DNA of 64,000 nt from Leucoraja erinacea (taxonomy: Eukaryota), in the NCBI RefSeq assembly GCF_028641065.1, contig NC_073383.1, positions 53,444,001 to 53,508,000 of the forward strand, read 5' to 3'. How positions within the stretch are numbered: position 1 is the stretch's first letter; every line of letters begins with the position of its first letter. The notes beneath the pieces were generated by a model. It saw nothing but the letters and a program-made list of their open reading frames with translations. It was not told the DNA's origin and did not search any database. Below, in pieces: positions 23,968 through 37,435 of this stretch. The position numbers and the translations under genes are program-made.

Positions 23968-24485
23968 TTTGAGCAAAAGAGGCTTAAGGGAATTTGCCAA
24001 CTGTGCACCAAATGGGCGTTGATAGGGTGGATAGTGGGAAACCTTTATCCATAACGACGGCATCCAAAAACTGAGAGCAAAGGTTTAAAGTGAGGAGAAA
24101 GAAAGTGCGAGGAATCTTTTCTTTTCATGCAGAGGGACGTTGTAATCTGAAGCCTGACAAAAGGTTAAAGGGGTTTGATGTGGACAAGCTTTTCCCTTTG
24201 AGAATAGGGAAGATTCAAACAAGAGGACATGACTTCAGAATTAAGGGACAGAAGTTTAGGGGTAATATGAGGGGGAACTTCTTTACGCAGAGAGTGGTGG
24301 CGGTGTGGAATGAGCTCCCAGTGGAAGTGGTGGAGGCAGGTTCATTGGTATCATTTAAAAATAAATTGGATAGGCATATGGATGAGAAGGGAATGGAGGG
24401 TTATGGTACGAGTGCAGGCAGGTGGGACTAAGGGGAAAAAAATTTGTTTGAAGGGCCTGTTTTACTGTGTTGTATAACTCTGTGA
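23968..24485 (+). mobile_element. Old CR1 remnant containing a young CR1 segment (24175-24448)
   Basis: Degenerate LEQKRLKG...DRVD sequence, then about 270 bp near-identical to 22757-23020. Confidence 0.85.
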
Positions 24486-25749
24486 ACAGTATAAAAGCAA
24501 GAGGTTTTCAGTTACATTCACAGAGATAAGAGCAGGATGGTGTACATGGCTTTTCTACTACTATTTTCAGCTCCTTCTTTTCCTTTCGCTGGCATGTATT
24601 TATCTAACCTCTCCTGCCAGGTGGCAGCTCCAAATACCTAAAAAAATGTGATTCAAGCTAATTCAGAATGAGAGTCGTATGATATGATTGTGGTGAAAAT
24701 AAAATTTAGTTTAATTTGCATCTTTTCATTCCAGTGGTTACTAAGATCAGTTCCTCCCTTTGGATTTCATTGCATATTTCAATTTGAGCAAATGTCCCTG
24801 AGGTTTATTTACTGTTAAATATAAAGTGTTGCAGTTGTTGTTATTCTAATGTCAGTTTTGAAGTATATTTGGAAATAAATGATTGCAGAATGTATGTCGG
24901 ATTATTATAATTATCTTTTATATAATGCTGGACCTTCTTGGCATTTTAATACAAGCTGAACAAGTTGGTAATCTCAGTTCTGAACAGGCGTGTGCTATAG
25001 CACACTTAGACACCAAGATTGATGTTTAAAACTCACCGCTAATCTAGATTTATGTTGACTTCAAATACAAAATCCAATGATTTATAAACCATGATCCCAG
25101 CACATTTTATTTTCATTGCAATTGATCTGTAATTGAAGGACCTTTATTTCTGTTGATGTAAAAGTTTCTATTATTGAATTCTTTTGTGCCAGACTTTGAC
25201 TAACGATTTGGGCATTATGTCATATTATAGGTCAAATTGGGTCATAAAGGCAATTAGCAATATACCTGCGAACTGTTTGAAAGCTAGCTTTGATATTGTT
25301 GCGAGTAATATTATGATGATTACCGTTTGCACAAGAGAACATCAAACCATTTTTAAAGAGAAAATAAAATTATTTGATTTATGGTTTAATATAGCTCTTG
25401 CCAGACCGCAACTTGGTTCATGAATGTACTGTGGTACTGATTACTAAGATACATCAATGTTAGTGACTTTATTAGCTACAATTTACTAATCTCTGATAAA
25501 TTGGCGCACCAAGTGCCAAGTGTAACAAAATAGGGTAAAATCAAGCTTAAATGACTTTAACCTGCTCTCAACTATGTTTATGTAATTATAGAAAAGCATT
25601 GCAATTGTTTCATCTGTACCTCACCTGCATAATGAAATGAAGTAAAAGTTAAATAAATGACAACAGATAAATTAATTTTACCATGGAATAATACAATATG
25701 GAGTTAAACGATGTCCTATTTCTGGAGAACCTGCAACATTTACGGAAGC

Positions 25750-26222
25750 ATGTCCATCGGCTCAACACACCATGCCAATCAAGGTACACCAATCCTACCT
25801 GCCTGTGTTTGCCCAATATCCCTCCAAACATTTCCTAACCATGTCACTGTCTAAGTCTCTTAAATATTGCTATTGTACCTGCCTCATTTATTTCATCTGA
25901 CAGCTCGTCTCATAGACCCCCCCACCGACTGTGTGACAAAGTAGCTCCTCAGGTTCCTATTAAATCTTTCCCTTCTCACCTAAAACTTATGCCATCTAGT
26001 TTTGATTCCCCTACCCTGGAAAAAAAGACTGTGCATTCATCTTATCTTTTCCCCTCATGATTCTTTGCACCACTATAGGATCACACCTCAGCCACCTCCA
26101 CATCAAGGAATCAAGTCCTAATCTGCCCAACCTCTCCCTATATCTCAGGCCCTCGAGTCCTGACAGTCTATCAGCTTGATGGGATCTTTCCTATAGCAGA
26201 AGACCAAAATGAACACACTAGT
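25750..26222 (-). mobile_element. Old CR1 3' fragment
   Basis: Reverse strand resembles LEGLRYRERLGRLGL...RWLRCDPIVV...GIKTRWHKF, followed by a CR1 tail. Confidence 0.75.
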
Positions 26223-27623
26223 CCTTAATCTTCCTGTACCATTATTGGTGCAAAATGAGATCTAGATAAAAATATCAAGGCAACATGGTCATTGGCACAG
26301 GTTGCAAACACAAAACATTTTCTGCAATATTGAAGGTAAATTGCATACATACCTCATCGGGTCTTTAAATAGATTGTTATACCGCTTGCTGCCCATGAGG
26401 GTGAACAATATTTCAATTAAAATCTCACAGCTTCTCCAGAAAAAGTAATTCATTCAATTCCAAATTCCATCTCTTGAAATTGGTGCAAATACATTAATTG
26501 ATTGAGACACAGCATGCATTTTACCACTCTGTCTCTGAAGCTTTCTAGTCGAGCAATCTGATAATTTGCATATGTTTGATAAACAGTTTGACAGACAACC
26601 ATTGGATTTCCCTCCTTAATGTGAACTCTTTGTCATTCCCTGTGAGAATCAAGCAGCTCTACTGACACATTCGTCACAACTGTTTTCATCTGAACATTTT
26701 GACAATATGTTAAAGCTGCAAGTTTTACCTAGTTATGGTGCTTTGCAGCACTGTATTTACACAGCTTTATATAGCAATACCAAGAAATCATCGACACAGC
26801 TCATCTATTATGCCGAGCTATCTAGATTGCTGACCTGTATGGATGTGCACAGGAATATAATGGAATTATATATTGTCTAACATCAATTCCAATAGCATGA
26901 ATGATAAACAAGCAGTCCTGCTCAGAATTCAGATCTGCTCCTGCTATTAACTGAGCTTTGGTGATATAATGCATCTATTTTTTTGTAGAGATTGAATTTT
27001 CCCCCCACTCTTATCCTACCTGTAGTACCAGGACATGTGAAAGTAATAATTAAGTTCCCTTGTGATCTGAATTAGGTCCCAGTTCCTCAGCCATTTTTTT
27101 TCTTTCAATCTCTCTGAAGTTTGGTCCAAATTAACAGTAGCCAACACCTGCATACTTTATTTCTAATATCTACTTTATTCCATGCTCAATGATGTTTATT
27201 TATTGGAAATAGAAGAGAGATGTATATCTTGTAGAGTCTACAGCCAGTTAAAGTCTAGCATCATATCTCAGCAACTGAAAGAGGATTCTGAAATCCCACT
27301 ATATTCAGAGGATGGTAGCATTCCATCTTGCATGTTTGCATCAATGCATATAATGCTGGATAGATGGTTAGGCAAAGTTTATATGAGTATAAAAGTTAGA
27401 TCATCATATTTGCAGCATACTGGCAGAAATTAGAACATGTAAATTAGTATTCCCGCTTAATCAATAAATGAAAATCTGCATTAATTGTTGGTAAACACTC
27501 TAAAGTGTTAAAAACAGATGCTAAGCTTTAAACACGAGAAAGATTACCGATTTTACCAATTGCACCAAATTTACACTTGCTAACTACTGCAAAGGACACT
27601 ACTTGTCACATTTTATAATGGAA

Positions 27624-29018
27624 CAAGACCAAGTGCAAACCCTTTGTCTGCTCCCCCAAAGCACGATTCCAGAACTTACCCGTTCCCTCAATGCAATGCA
27701 ATATTGCACCACTCACGCATAGCCCCAACTGCGCAAGCGCGGCTTATTTCTCCTCATCACCCAGCACTCCCTCCTCCCCCTCTTCACCCTTCCTCTTCAA
27801 TTCCTAGGGAGGGAGAGGTGGTAGAGAGGGAGGGGTGGTGGTGGGGGGCAGAGAGGGACAGGGGCAGAGAGGGACAGGAGTGGAGAGGTGGGAGAGAAGG
27901 AGGAGGAAAAGGTAGAGAGGGAGGGTAGTCGAGAGAGGGAAGAGGGTGGGATGGGGGTAGAGTGGGGAGGAGGGAGGGTAGAGGGGGAGGATGAGGGAGA
28001 GCAAGGGAGGGGGTAGAGAGGGAGAGGGGTTAAAGAGGTTGGGAGTGATTGTAGAAAGGGAGGGGGTAGAGAGGGGGAGGAAGGATAGAGAGGGAGGGGG
28101 CAAGACAGTGACTTGACGTGGTGACTATCCTCCCTACCCTCTCCTCTCCCTCAATCCCCCCACTCTCCCTCCTCACCTCCCTAGGATCTTTCCCCGCTCA
28201 ATCCCACTCCCCACCCCATCTCCCTCATCCACCCCTCCCCGTCTCCCTCCTCCACACCCCCCATCTCCTAGTGCCACCCACACCTCACTCACCCCATCTC
28301 CCTCCTCCTCATTTCCCTATTCATCGTCCCCTCATTCCCATTCCCTGACCCAGTACCTACCCAGATCGTAGAGCAGCGCCAGGGCCTGGAACTCGACCTG
28401 GTTCTCGTACTCAGCCCAGCCGTGGTTGTAGACGCCAGCTGTCAACTCGGCTGCCGCTTGGGCTCCAATCCAGGCCCCGACTTAATCTCCGGGCTTGTCC
28501 CTGACCCCGGACCCAGGCTCGTCCTTGCTTCCAGCGGTGGCTTCTTTCTCGGCCCCGGTCATGGCCCCATCCCAAGCGTCATGCTTGGCCCTCACTCCAG
28601 CTCCAGCACCGGGCTCAGCTACAGCACCGGCCCAGTCCCCCGGTTCGGCCCGCGGCACCAGTACCGGGTAGCCGTCGGTTGCCGGCAGCCGACGCCAGTA
28701 CTCATTCACCACGAGTGCTGGAGTGCCCTTCCCTCCCCGAGTGTCCCGTCCTGCCTTGTGAGTGCATTGTGACATCACTCAGATTTCTTTTTCTGAATTG
28801 GGCGAGTTTTTGGGGCTGTTTTTAAAATTCAAAGGATTGATAACTTCAGAAATATAGGTGGGAATGCAATGGGAAAATGTTTATCGCCACAAGGGGAAAC
28901 ATGTGAGTAGGATGTGTGAAAATTGATAGGTTGTGGCCTAGCATTAGGAAGAAGATAGGAAAGTCAGATTGACACATAGTGGGCACAAAGAAGATGAAGA
29001 CTTTTAGTTATATAGAGA
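27624..29018 (-). mobile_element. Non-autonomous Helitron-like element
   Basis: Minus strand begins A^TCTCTATATAACTAAAAG at 29018 and ends ...cagacaaagggtttgcacttggtCTTG^T at 27624 (degenerate hairpin + CTAG-like end). Inserted between A and T with no TSD. Confidence 0.6.
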
Positions 29019-30244
29019 TACTGCAAATAAATTATAACCTTTGAAGTACCTTTTTAATACATGACATTTAATATAATCAAGGGAAGGCAAGTTAGAGGCA
29101 GTGACTATTTCTTAGAAACAAACAATGATTGTTCATGATTGGAGACTTTTGTAAACAACCTTTTTGAAATTAGTCAAAATATGTTCTAGACTGTCCTTCA
29201 GAACCAAATTCTTTTAGAATTACCTTAATATCAACTTTCTTTCGTGTTACTCTTTTGGATAAAAGTTGCCTACTAAAATCAAATTTTACAGTAATGAACA
29301 CAATTATGAATACGTCATTTGGTTGCTGGCAAATATGTTTTCCATATCTCTCACTGATATGCAGTGTGGCACATGTGAACTTGTAACAGGTAATGACTCA
29401 GATTTTTTCACTTTCTTTGTTTTAAAGTTGCTTAACTGAGCTCCCCCTCCCCACTTTGCAACTTCCACTTCTTGGGCAGTACAGCAGACAGCAGTCTCCT
29501 GCAGTTAGTGATTTTGTATTATTTTAAAGTTTCACAGTTGGAGAAATCATATCATTTCTCTTTGCAGACATCACTTCTTGACACAGCGCACATCTCTACA
29601 TATCAAGCAATAATAAATGTCCACTAGTAAAAGTAACATTGGGAGCATTCTTTTCTTATTCATTACTGAATGAGGAATCACTGGCAAATACAAGCTTTAT
29701 TGTTCATCCCCAATTGATTTTCAGAAGGTGGTGGTGAAACATTTCCTTAAACCATTTTCAACTATTAATGCTGGGGTTGTTTTAAACTATTTTCATATTT
29801 TAGAGCTCTTAACAAAGTTAAATAATTTATAATTTTAAAGCTAGATATCCTCAACCTCAAGGATACCGATTGTTTCCTCAGGCTGATGGATTGGTTGCTC
29901 TGGACCATCAAATTACATAAAAACAACCTTCTCCACTAGATCATCAGGGGATAACTGTACATTCATCACTCAGTCACCATAGAGCACAAAAACTATCAAG
30001 AATTCCGTCCCACCCCACTGGGGTGCAAACAAATTGATGTCATTGTGAAGCCAGATCACCAGCAAGAATGCATTTAACCCTAAGTAACCCAAGGGATCAG
30101 ATGGCTGCATAGATAATGGAGTTTGATGGTGTTCAATCATAAAGAAATTACCATGCTTCAATTTCCATGTGATCTGAGCAACAACTGACCTTTGAAATTA
30201 ACATTTTATGCAGTTGCTTATCTTTCTTTCACTGTCAGAGCCAT

Positions 30245-30732
30245 AGTCATACAGCTTAGAAACAGACTCTTTGGCTCAACATGCTCACACCGCCCAACAC
30301 GCTCCATCTATACTAGTTCCACCTGCCTGCATTTTGCCCATATCCTTCTAAACCTTTTCTATCCATGTACCTATCCAAATGTATTCTAAATGTAGTGATG
30401 GTACTTGCCCCAACCACCTCCTCTGGCAGCTCATTTCATATATCCACCACCCTTTGTGTGAAAATGTTGTCCCTAACGTTCCCATTAAATATTTCCCTTA
30501 CCTTAAACCTATTTCCTCTGCTTCCTGATTCCCCTACACTGGGTAAAATATTATGTGCATTTACCCTGTCAATTTCCCCCACGATCTTATACACCTCTAT
30601 AAGATCACCCTTCATCTTCCTGCACTCCAAGGAATAAAGTCCAAGTCTGCTCAACCTCCTGCTGTGGCTCAGGCCCTGGCAACTCGCAACATCCTTGTAA
30701 ACATCCTGCCCTGGCAACATCCTTGTAAATTT
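30245..30732 (-). mobile_element. CR1 3' fragment
   Basis: ORF 30436-30750 reads RLSRLGLYSLECRKMKGDLIEVYKI...FTQRVV. Confidence 0.85.
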
Positions 30733-30964
30733 TGTAATACTTATTATCACTGGTTTAACTTTATTCCGCAGTTCTCAGCCAAAAGATACTCAATTCATGT
30801 CCTTAAAAGGTCACCAACAGAGTCAAGTTGATGTCATCAGCTCTAGGGTTCAAAATTGTCACTTCCATCCAAGGCCTTGGGTGGCCTTTTGGCATCAGGT
30901 CAACATCTTATGTTAGTTTATCCATCATGCTTATCATTATTTACCTCCTGCAGATCATTCACAT

Positions 30965-31062
30965 AGAAACAGGAAACTACAGATGTTGGAATCTTGAGAA
31001 CAACAGTGTTGGAAGAACTCGGTGAGCCAGGCAGTATTCGAGGAGGGAATTTCCTCCACAGA
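30965..31062 (-). mobile_element. Penelope pLTR-derived fragment
   Basis: ggaaactacagatgttgg...tgttggaagaactcggtgagccaggcag. Confidence 0.55.
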
Positions 31063-32459
31063 TCATTCACAATTGTTTTGATCCTATTCTTCTTGCTGAC
31101 CTCTATTCAAATGATTAGTTGTGAAGTCTGTATAGGTTTGGTCTGCTTAGTTGTTTAACATAATCTTTCTGAATAACAAGCAGGTAACTGATTGCATTAG
31201 TGATTAGTGTGTAGAAAGACTACCATAATGAGAACACATCTGTACATTGTTTCAGTTTTGCAGGATCCCCGCAGGTGATAAGTAAACCAAGATGCTTACT
31301 GTATGGTGGTAATATGAACACCAGAACATGCAGGATTTATATATCAGCTACACAATTCTTTAAATCTTGACTTAGATAGTGAAGTTTTCACCATGCTTTA
31401 TGATCAAATGTTTAGAACTATCCACAAATAAAAGCTCAGAGTTTGTTTAAAACTATGAGTATCGGAGTAGGAGTAGAAGTGAGGGTCATATTTGTACAGC
31501 TGTTACAGAACTAACTACTAATCAATAATTTCAACAGTACCCCTTAATATATATATATTTATAATTACCTTTCGGTGAGTTTCATTAGGTTTTGGCATTT
31601 AATCTGACTATTATCAATCTAAGAGCAAGAGCTCATTTCAAAAGAAAATTTAATTTGAGAATTAATACATTGGTTTGCCTTTTTTTATTGATACATTCAT
31701 AGAAAAATAGATAATAATTTTATGTAACAGTAAAATGTACACATTTACAGATTTCTACTGTGAAACCATTCTTAAAAAATATCTGGAATAAATACACATG
31801 TACTATGTGGGTATGTAAAGCCAGATCAACGTCTACCAACAAATTGCAATATCTACAAATTACACCAATCTTTAATAGCAGGGTTGATTTAGTAACTGTG
31901 GTCAATATACACATTCCTTAAATCACATTGACTGATTTGGAAAAAAAATGATGTGGATGAATTGTAGTAGAAGATCAAGTGTGGACCAATGTTGACCTGC
32001 TTCATATTTGGATCTTCTTATAACATATAACATATCCCTGAGCAAAAAATTCACTGTAAGATTTCTGCTGATGCCAGTTTGAGAGAGGCAAGAGAGGAAC
32101 TGCAGGGTCCTTGACAAAGATAGTTGCATCTTTTCTAGCCGTAGGCAAGGTCTCAGAGGTCTGGAGCCGAACCAATATTGTTGCTTTGTTTAAGCAGGGA
32201 AGTAGAGAGAATCTTGGTTTACACCAAAGGTAGACACAAAATTCTGGAGTATAGTAATGTAAAATGCATATAGTAAATGTTAAGGTTTAAGGAAACAGAA
32301 TATACTACATTAATCTCCCTACTCAACTTAATTGCTTTTTTTGGTAACAATGTCTCGAGCTTCAGGCAATGTGCTGTCAAATCTTCTTATCACACACTTA
32401 TAAATTGGCAAAGTTTACCAAAAATATAAACAGCTAACATCCCACACTTGGCAGTAGCA

Positions 32460-33030
32460 TCTCAGGTGCTCGAGGAAAATCTGTCACTGCCAAAAAATGG
32501 TAGCCACAGTCGAAATAACTTTCAAAGGCATTTTGTACCTTTGAAAGTAAAGTGAAAGCAATGGTATTGGAAAGTGTAGAGAATGGGAATAATGTTGATG
32601 TCTAAGGTTTTGATCTTCAAATATGCTTGCTTCAATCAATCACTAGTTGTGATTGAAGCCAATGATGAGTTTTATCATCACTGTCTATTTTGATGAGAGG
32701 TGACTCCCTGGAGAGACACTCAATTCTAAGCTCTATTGTTATAGGAGACTTCCAGGGAGACAGGGAAAAAAAATCAAGATGTCCTCAATGTTTTCTTGAA
32801 GAAGTGCAACCTCCCCACTGACTTTTGGGAACATCTGGTTCACGATGACTCAAAGTGAAGAAATAACATTTCATATGGTGTCAGTAACCTTGAGGGCAGA
32901 CATTGGAAGCACACAGTAGAATTGTACAGGCAGTGAACACCAACCACCCAAATCATCAGGAATTAATTGTCCCGAGTGCATTCATCTGTAGTTCCCACAT
33001 TAGCTTCATTGGACACCTGAGCAACTACAA
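32460..33030 (+). mobile_element. Ancient RTE-clade LINE remnant
   Basis: Translates in part to QDVLNVFLKKCNLPTDFWEHLVHDDSK*R and SHISFIGHL, resembling the RTE/BovB ORF2 C-terminus. Confidence 0.55.
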
Positions 33031-33353
33031 ACATGCTCACTATATCGGTATCCATGACAACAGTAAATATCAAAATTAAAACTGAAGTTGATTTACATTA
33101 TACTTGATCCCAAGGGTCTGCCTTAGAAAACTAAAGGAATAATTGGGGAGATCTTTCAGAAAACTGGCACAGATATGAATGATTCTAATTTGTTGTATGT
33201 GAATTTAAGTAATATTTGCAACAACATGATCACATAAAACTCAAGCAAGTTTAACTGGAGATATGATTATACAGAAACTAATCAAACTTGCAATGGCTCT
33301 GGAAATGTTTATCAAATAAACACATGAGAATGCATGTATAAATTAAAATTAAT

Positions 33354-33490
33354 CTGTCCATAAGTTGGCAACAGGACAGTATATTTTACATTATTGCTGT
33401 TTAATGCCTATATTCAATAAGTTAAACTGTCCATAAGTTGTCAACAGGACAGTATATTTTACATTAATGCTGTTTAATGCCTATATTCAA
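33354..33490 (+). repeat. Tandem duplication, 73-bp period, about 1.9 copies
   Basis: ctgtccataagttg...gcctatattcaa at 33354 and 33427, with 2 mismatches. Confidence 0.9.
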
Positions 33491-33699
33491 AACTAGTTTT
33501 ATATTGATGGGCTGCCACCAATTCTTATCTTTGCAGCTGAAATGGATGCTCTGGCCACTCCAGATTAATTTCTTTACTTCTGAATGGTGGTGTAGAAATA
33601 CTTAATGGAAGAAGTTTAATAGTCTCAGGGGTTTCAGATGAGATAGAGACGGTTTTAACAGGGAAAGTCAGGGGAAGGAATGTTGGCTAAAGCAAAAAA

Positions 33700-35850
33700 T
33701 GCAAATATGGGAAAGGATGCTATTTTAAAGAATCATTAAGTGAACTTTTAAGGATTGAATTAAAGAATAGAAATTATGCAATTCCACTGTTTGGAGTGGG
33801 CTATGCATTCCTAACAGTCTGAAGGAGATAGAAAAAGAAAATTTACAAGCATGATCTAGGATAGTGAGAGACTTCTTCTAACCTAACGTTAATGGTGGCA
33901 CTGTCACTGTAAAAGGTGTAGAACTCTTAAAATGTAATAAGGCAAACTTTTTTTGGCCAGTATGTAAGACGTTAGTGGGGGTCAAGTCTGGATTCAGTTT
34001 CAGGAAATGAAGCTAGCAATATGAAACAAAAGGATAGTTTTGTGGTTGTCTTCATAATTTAATACAATTTAACAAAGGTATGAAAAAGGGCAACGATATA
34101 GTAAGAAAAGTTCTAAATTTGATGTAATGCTAAATGATTTTCACTGAGAATCATTCAACAAAGGTGGACAGGGAATAACTATTTCAGGGGATATCAATTT
34201 GGAGTAATGGGAAGCATTTGAAACATAGAAACATAGAAACAAATTAGGTGTAGTAGGCCACGCCCTTAGCCTGCACCGGGCTGATCATCAAGTCTGGACC
34301 TGCCTTCTTCAGATTTCAGGAAATAAAAGCTAGCAATCTGAAGAGTTCCAGAAAAGGAAAAAAGTTCTTCTCATCTTGGTTTTAAAGTATCCTTAAGTTG
34401 TCTTCATAATTTAATACATCTAGCCTGTCCAACCCCTTAAGAAAGGTATGAAAATTTAGGGCTACGTTACGCACATGTTTATAGTACAAAAATTAAAAAT
34501 TTTTGGGTAAAATTTTTGTATAATATCCAAAGTAATGCTTAACTCAGATTTTTCACTGATTAAATTCACTTAGAATAACACAAAGAAACTTTATCGTACA
34601 GTTTAATAACAGGGAATTAACTAAAATTTGGAAATTTCAAAATGGGATTATAGAAATTTGGAGACCTTAAAATGGAAAGAATCATTTTCCCTGTTTAGAT
34701 TCGTTGGAAATGGAAATACTTAAAGGGTCAGAATAGTCAGCACAGGAACCTGGGACTAAAATTGATGAAATGAACTTGAAATGTCGATATCTCGAATATG
34801 ACTCCTCTTCCTTTTTTTTTTATTTTAGATCCCTTTGCATAGAAAAAAAAAAAAAGAAAAAAGGCAAAAAGTATGGAGACAATGAAGACAATATTATCAA
34901 TTTAAAAATGATGTAAATGATGTAATAGAAACCTATCTCCAATAATAAAAAAAATTAAATAAGGTGGTATGTAAATCTTTATTCTGGTATAAAAAGAAAC
35001 ATGCATTGCATCTTCTGCTTCTCTGCTATGGAACTTGAACCAAAACAAGAAAATTAGGACACAACATGAGTACTTGCACTCCCTCTATGGCAAAATGTCC
35101 TTCCTCCAGATTTGGAGACCAAGATTCAAGAAATTATAAAGTAAGGGAAAGGATGAACTGTCGATTTATATGACAAGATGCATAGAAGTGTAAAAATGGA
35201 GGACTTAAATTGAATATTAGAAAGCAATAAGGTGGTGTGTAAATTATTGGTAAAGAAACATGCATTGCATCTTCTGCTTTCTGCTAGAACTTGAGAACAA
35301 CACAAATTAGGACACAACATGAGTACTTCATTCATTTTTGATTACCGCACTACAGTTAAGGTGTGATTAAATTGGAAAGAAAGCAACGGAGATGTATAAA
35401 TGTGTTACCTTGACTGAAAAACTGTAATTATGACCAACAATTTGAAAACTAGGTTTATTTTCTTTGCAACAGATGCGACAGTGGAGATTTAATTTAGTTG
35501 TACCAAATTGTGAGATTTTGTACCTAGATAGTATAATTAAGATACATGTATGAGTAAAAAATCACACTGGATTAAAGGAATTGGGAGAATGTTTGGAGAA
35601 GAGATGCAGAATCATTTTTTTCCATGCAGAGGATGGTAGAAGCAGGCACTCAGTACCTGATCCAATGGATGGTAGGGCAGATATCATCACACATAAGCCC
35701 TGCTTGGACATGTGCAGAAAGAGCATTGGCCTGCATGATTTATGCTGGAGAGAGGAATTAGGTTAGAGAGTACTTTTTCAGCTGTGGTAGACAGATTGGG
35801 TCGATTAGCCTTCTTCTGTGTTGTAAATGTTCAAATTCTACAATTTTATG
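33700..35850 (+). mobile_element. Highly degenerate CR1 remnants with a scrambled or duplicated interior
   Basis: IELKNR...PLFGVG endonuclease-like start and CR1 RT end/tail at 35350-35850. Interleaved duplicates at 34220-35130. Confidence 0.5.
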
Positions 35851-37435
35851 ATGTAAAGTTACTATTTACCTAGAAGGCAATCATCTCTTCAGTGAGAACA
35901 CGTTGATGCAATAAATTCAATAATTTACAAAATTACATGAGACACTGCTAATCGCTGGTACTGCAAGTTGCATTAGTCACACCAAAAGAATATCACTGTG
36001 GATGGTGAAAAACATTTTTTTATACAGATTCCAAATGCTCGTAGCTCAGTCCATGATGCTCAGTTCTCATGCTTTTCCAAACACAACCATTGCCTATAAA
36101 CTAAGTATGCCTTTTCGCTCTAGATTTAAATCTTTGCTTTTCAGATGACAATCATTTAATTATCCCATGAAATGCCAAACTGAAAGTAAAACATCACAAT
36201 GCTTCATCAGTATCCTTCAGGAATGTGATCTGCCATCCCTACTTGGTCAACTTTACATGCAATTCCAAACCCACCACAAAGTGATTGACTCTGAACTACC
36301 CATTGTAGCAGTTTGGCAAGTAATTTACTTCAGGAGCTATTGGAAAAAGCAACGTATGGTAGCTGAACCACATCTCGTAAACAAACCAACAGGAACAGGT
36401 TAAAAGAAGTTTAGATTAAATACTGGCTTGATAAATTGAATTGGTATCAAGCTGCACATTTTCCCCTTAAAACAGTTCTGGATGTCACAGCACAGTAGAT
36501 TAACTGGTCACTGTAAATTGCTCCTATGGTGTAGGCAAATTGTAAAAACAGGAAGGGGTTGAGGAGCAAGTGGTTGCAGAATAAAATGGGTTTAGTGTGG
36601 GATTAGTTTGATTGGGTACTTGATAATCATTGCGGACACTGTGGGCAAAAGGAACTCCTTTTATATGAGCAAAGGAGAGAGGTGTTGACCTTAGAGGGTG
36701 ATCTGGTTGATATGTGGGTGATTAGGAATTCAAATGGTAAGATTACACAACATGGCTTGTATTTTCTGGCAGGTTGAAATTTTAGGGTTGCCTGAACAAT
36801 ATTTTGAAGATTTGAGAATTGATCTAGTTTACAGTGAACCACTATTTCCACTGGCAAGGGGATTCAGGACTACAAGACTTTAGGACAAGGCTTTTATTAT
36901 GTGAAGGGCCATATTTACAGTTCAAGCTGATTCTGAAAGCTACTCATGTGAAACCTTTTGTGTCAGCCTCTTATTAGCCACGTTTAAGGACATCAATGAT
37001 CGAGTTGTCACTGTCCCACTCATGCCTTTTTGCTGCTCCATCACTGCCACTCACCAGTTCCTGCCTCCTCTGATCATCTTGTTTCAAATGCTCCTTTCCA
37101 CCTTCCAACAATCTCAACACCTCCCGTTCTCTGCCTAAAAGCGTTCAATTCATATGCTAAGGATGTAAACCTGATCTTCCAATCTACCTTTCATCTGCCC
37201 AGTTAATATACTAGATAAGCTGCGGTGTCCAGAACTGCTTAAAATAAATAAAATTATAACTTGATACCATCTCAATTATCAAGCAAGTATTTCATCCAAG
37301 TTTCTTTAAACCTTCTTCTGTTGATTAGTGCCCTTCGACTATTATTTTAACCGCACTTTCTATGTAGCTGTGACACCATACTTTGCAATCTGTTTACTTT
37401 CTCTTTTGCACAATCTGTTGTACTCATGTATGGTA

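Noticed and set aside
27644-28778. Pro/Gly-rich ORFs
   Set aside because: Translations of low-complexity purine/pyrimidine tracts inside the Helitron-like element.
31264-31274. Possible 11-nt micro-exon after ttcagttttgcag
   Set aside because: Weak donor (GTGATA), not frame-preserving, no supporting gene context.
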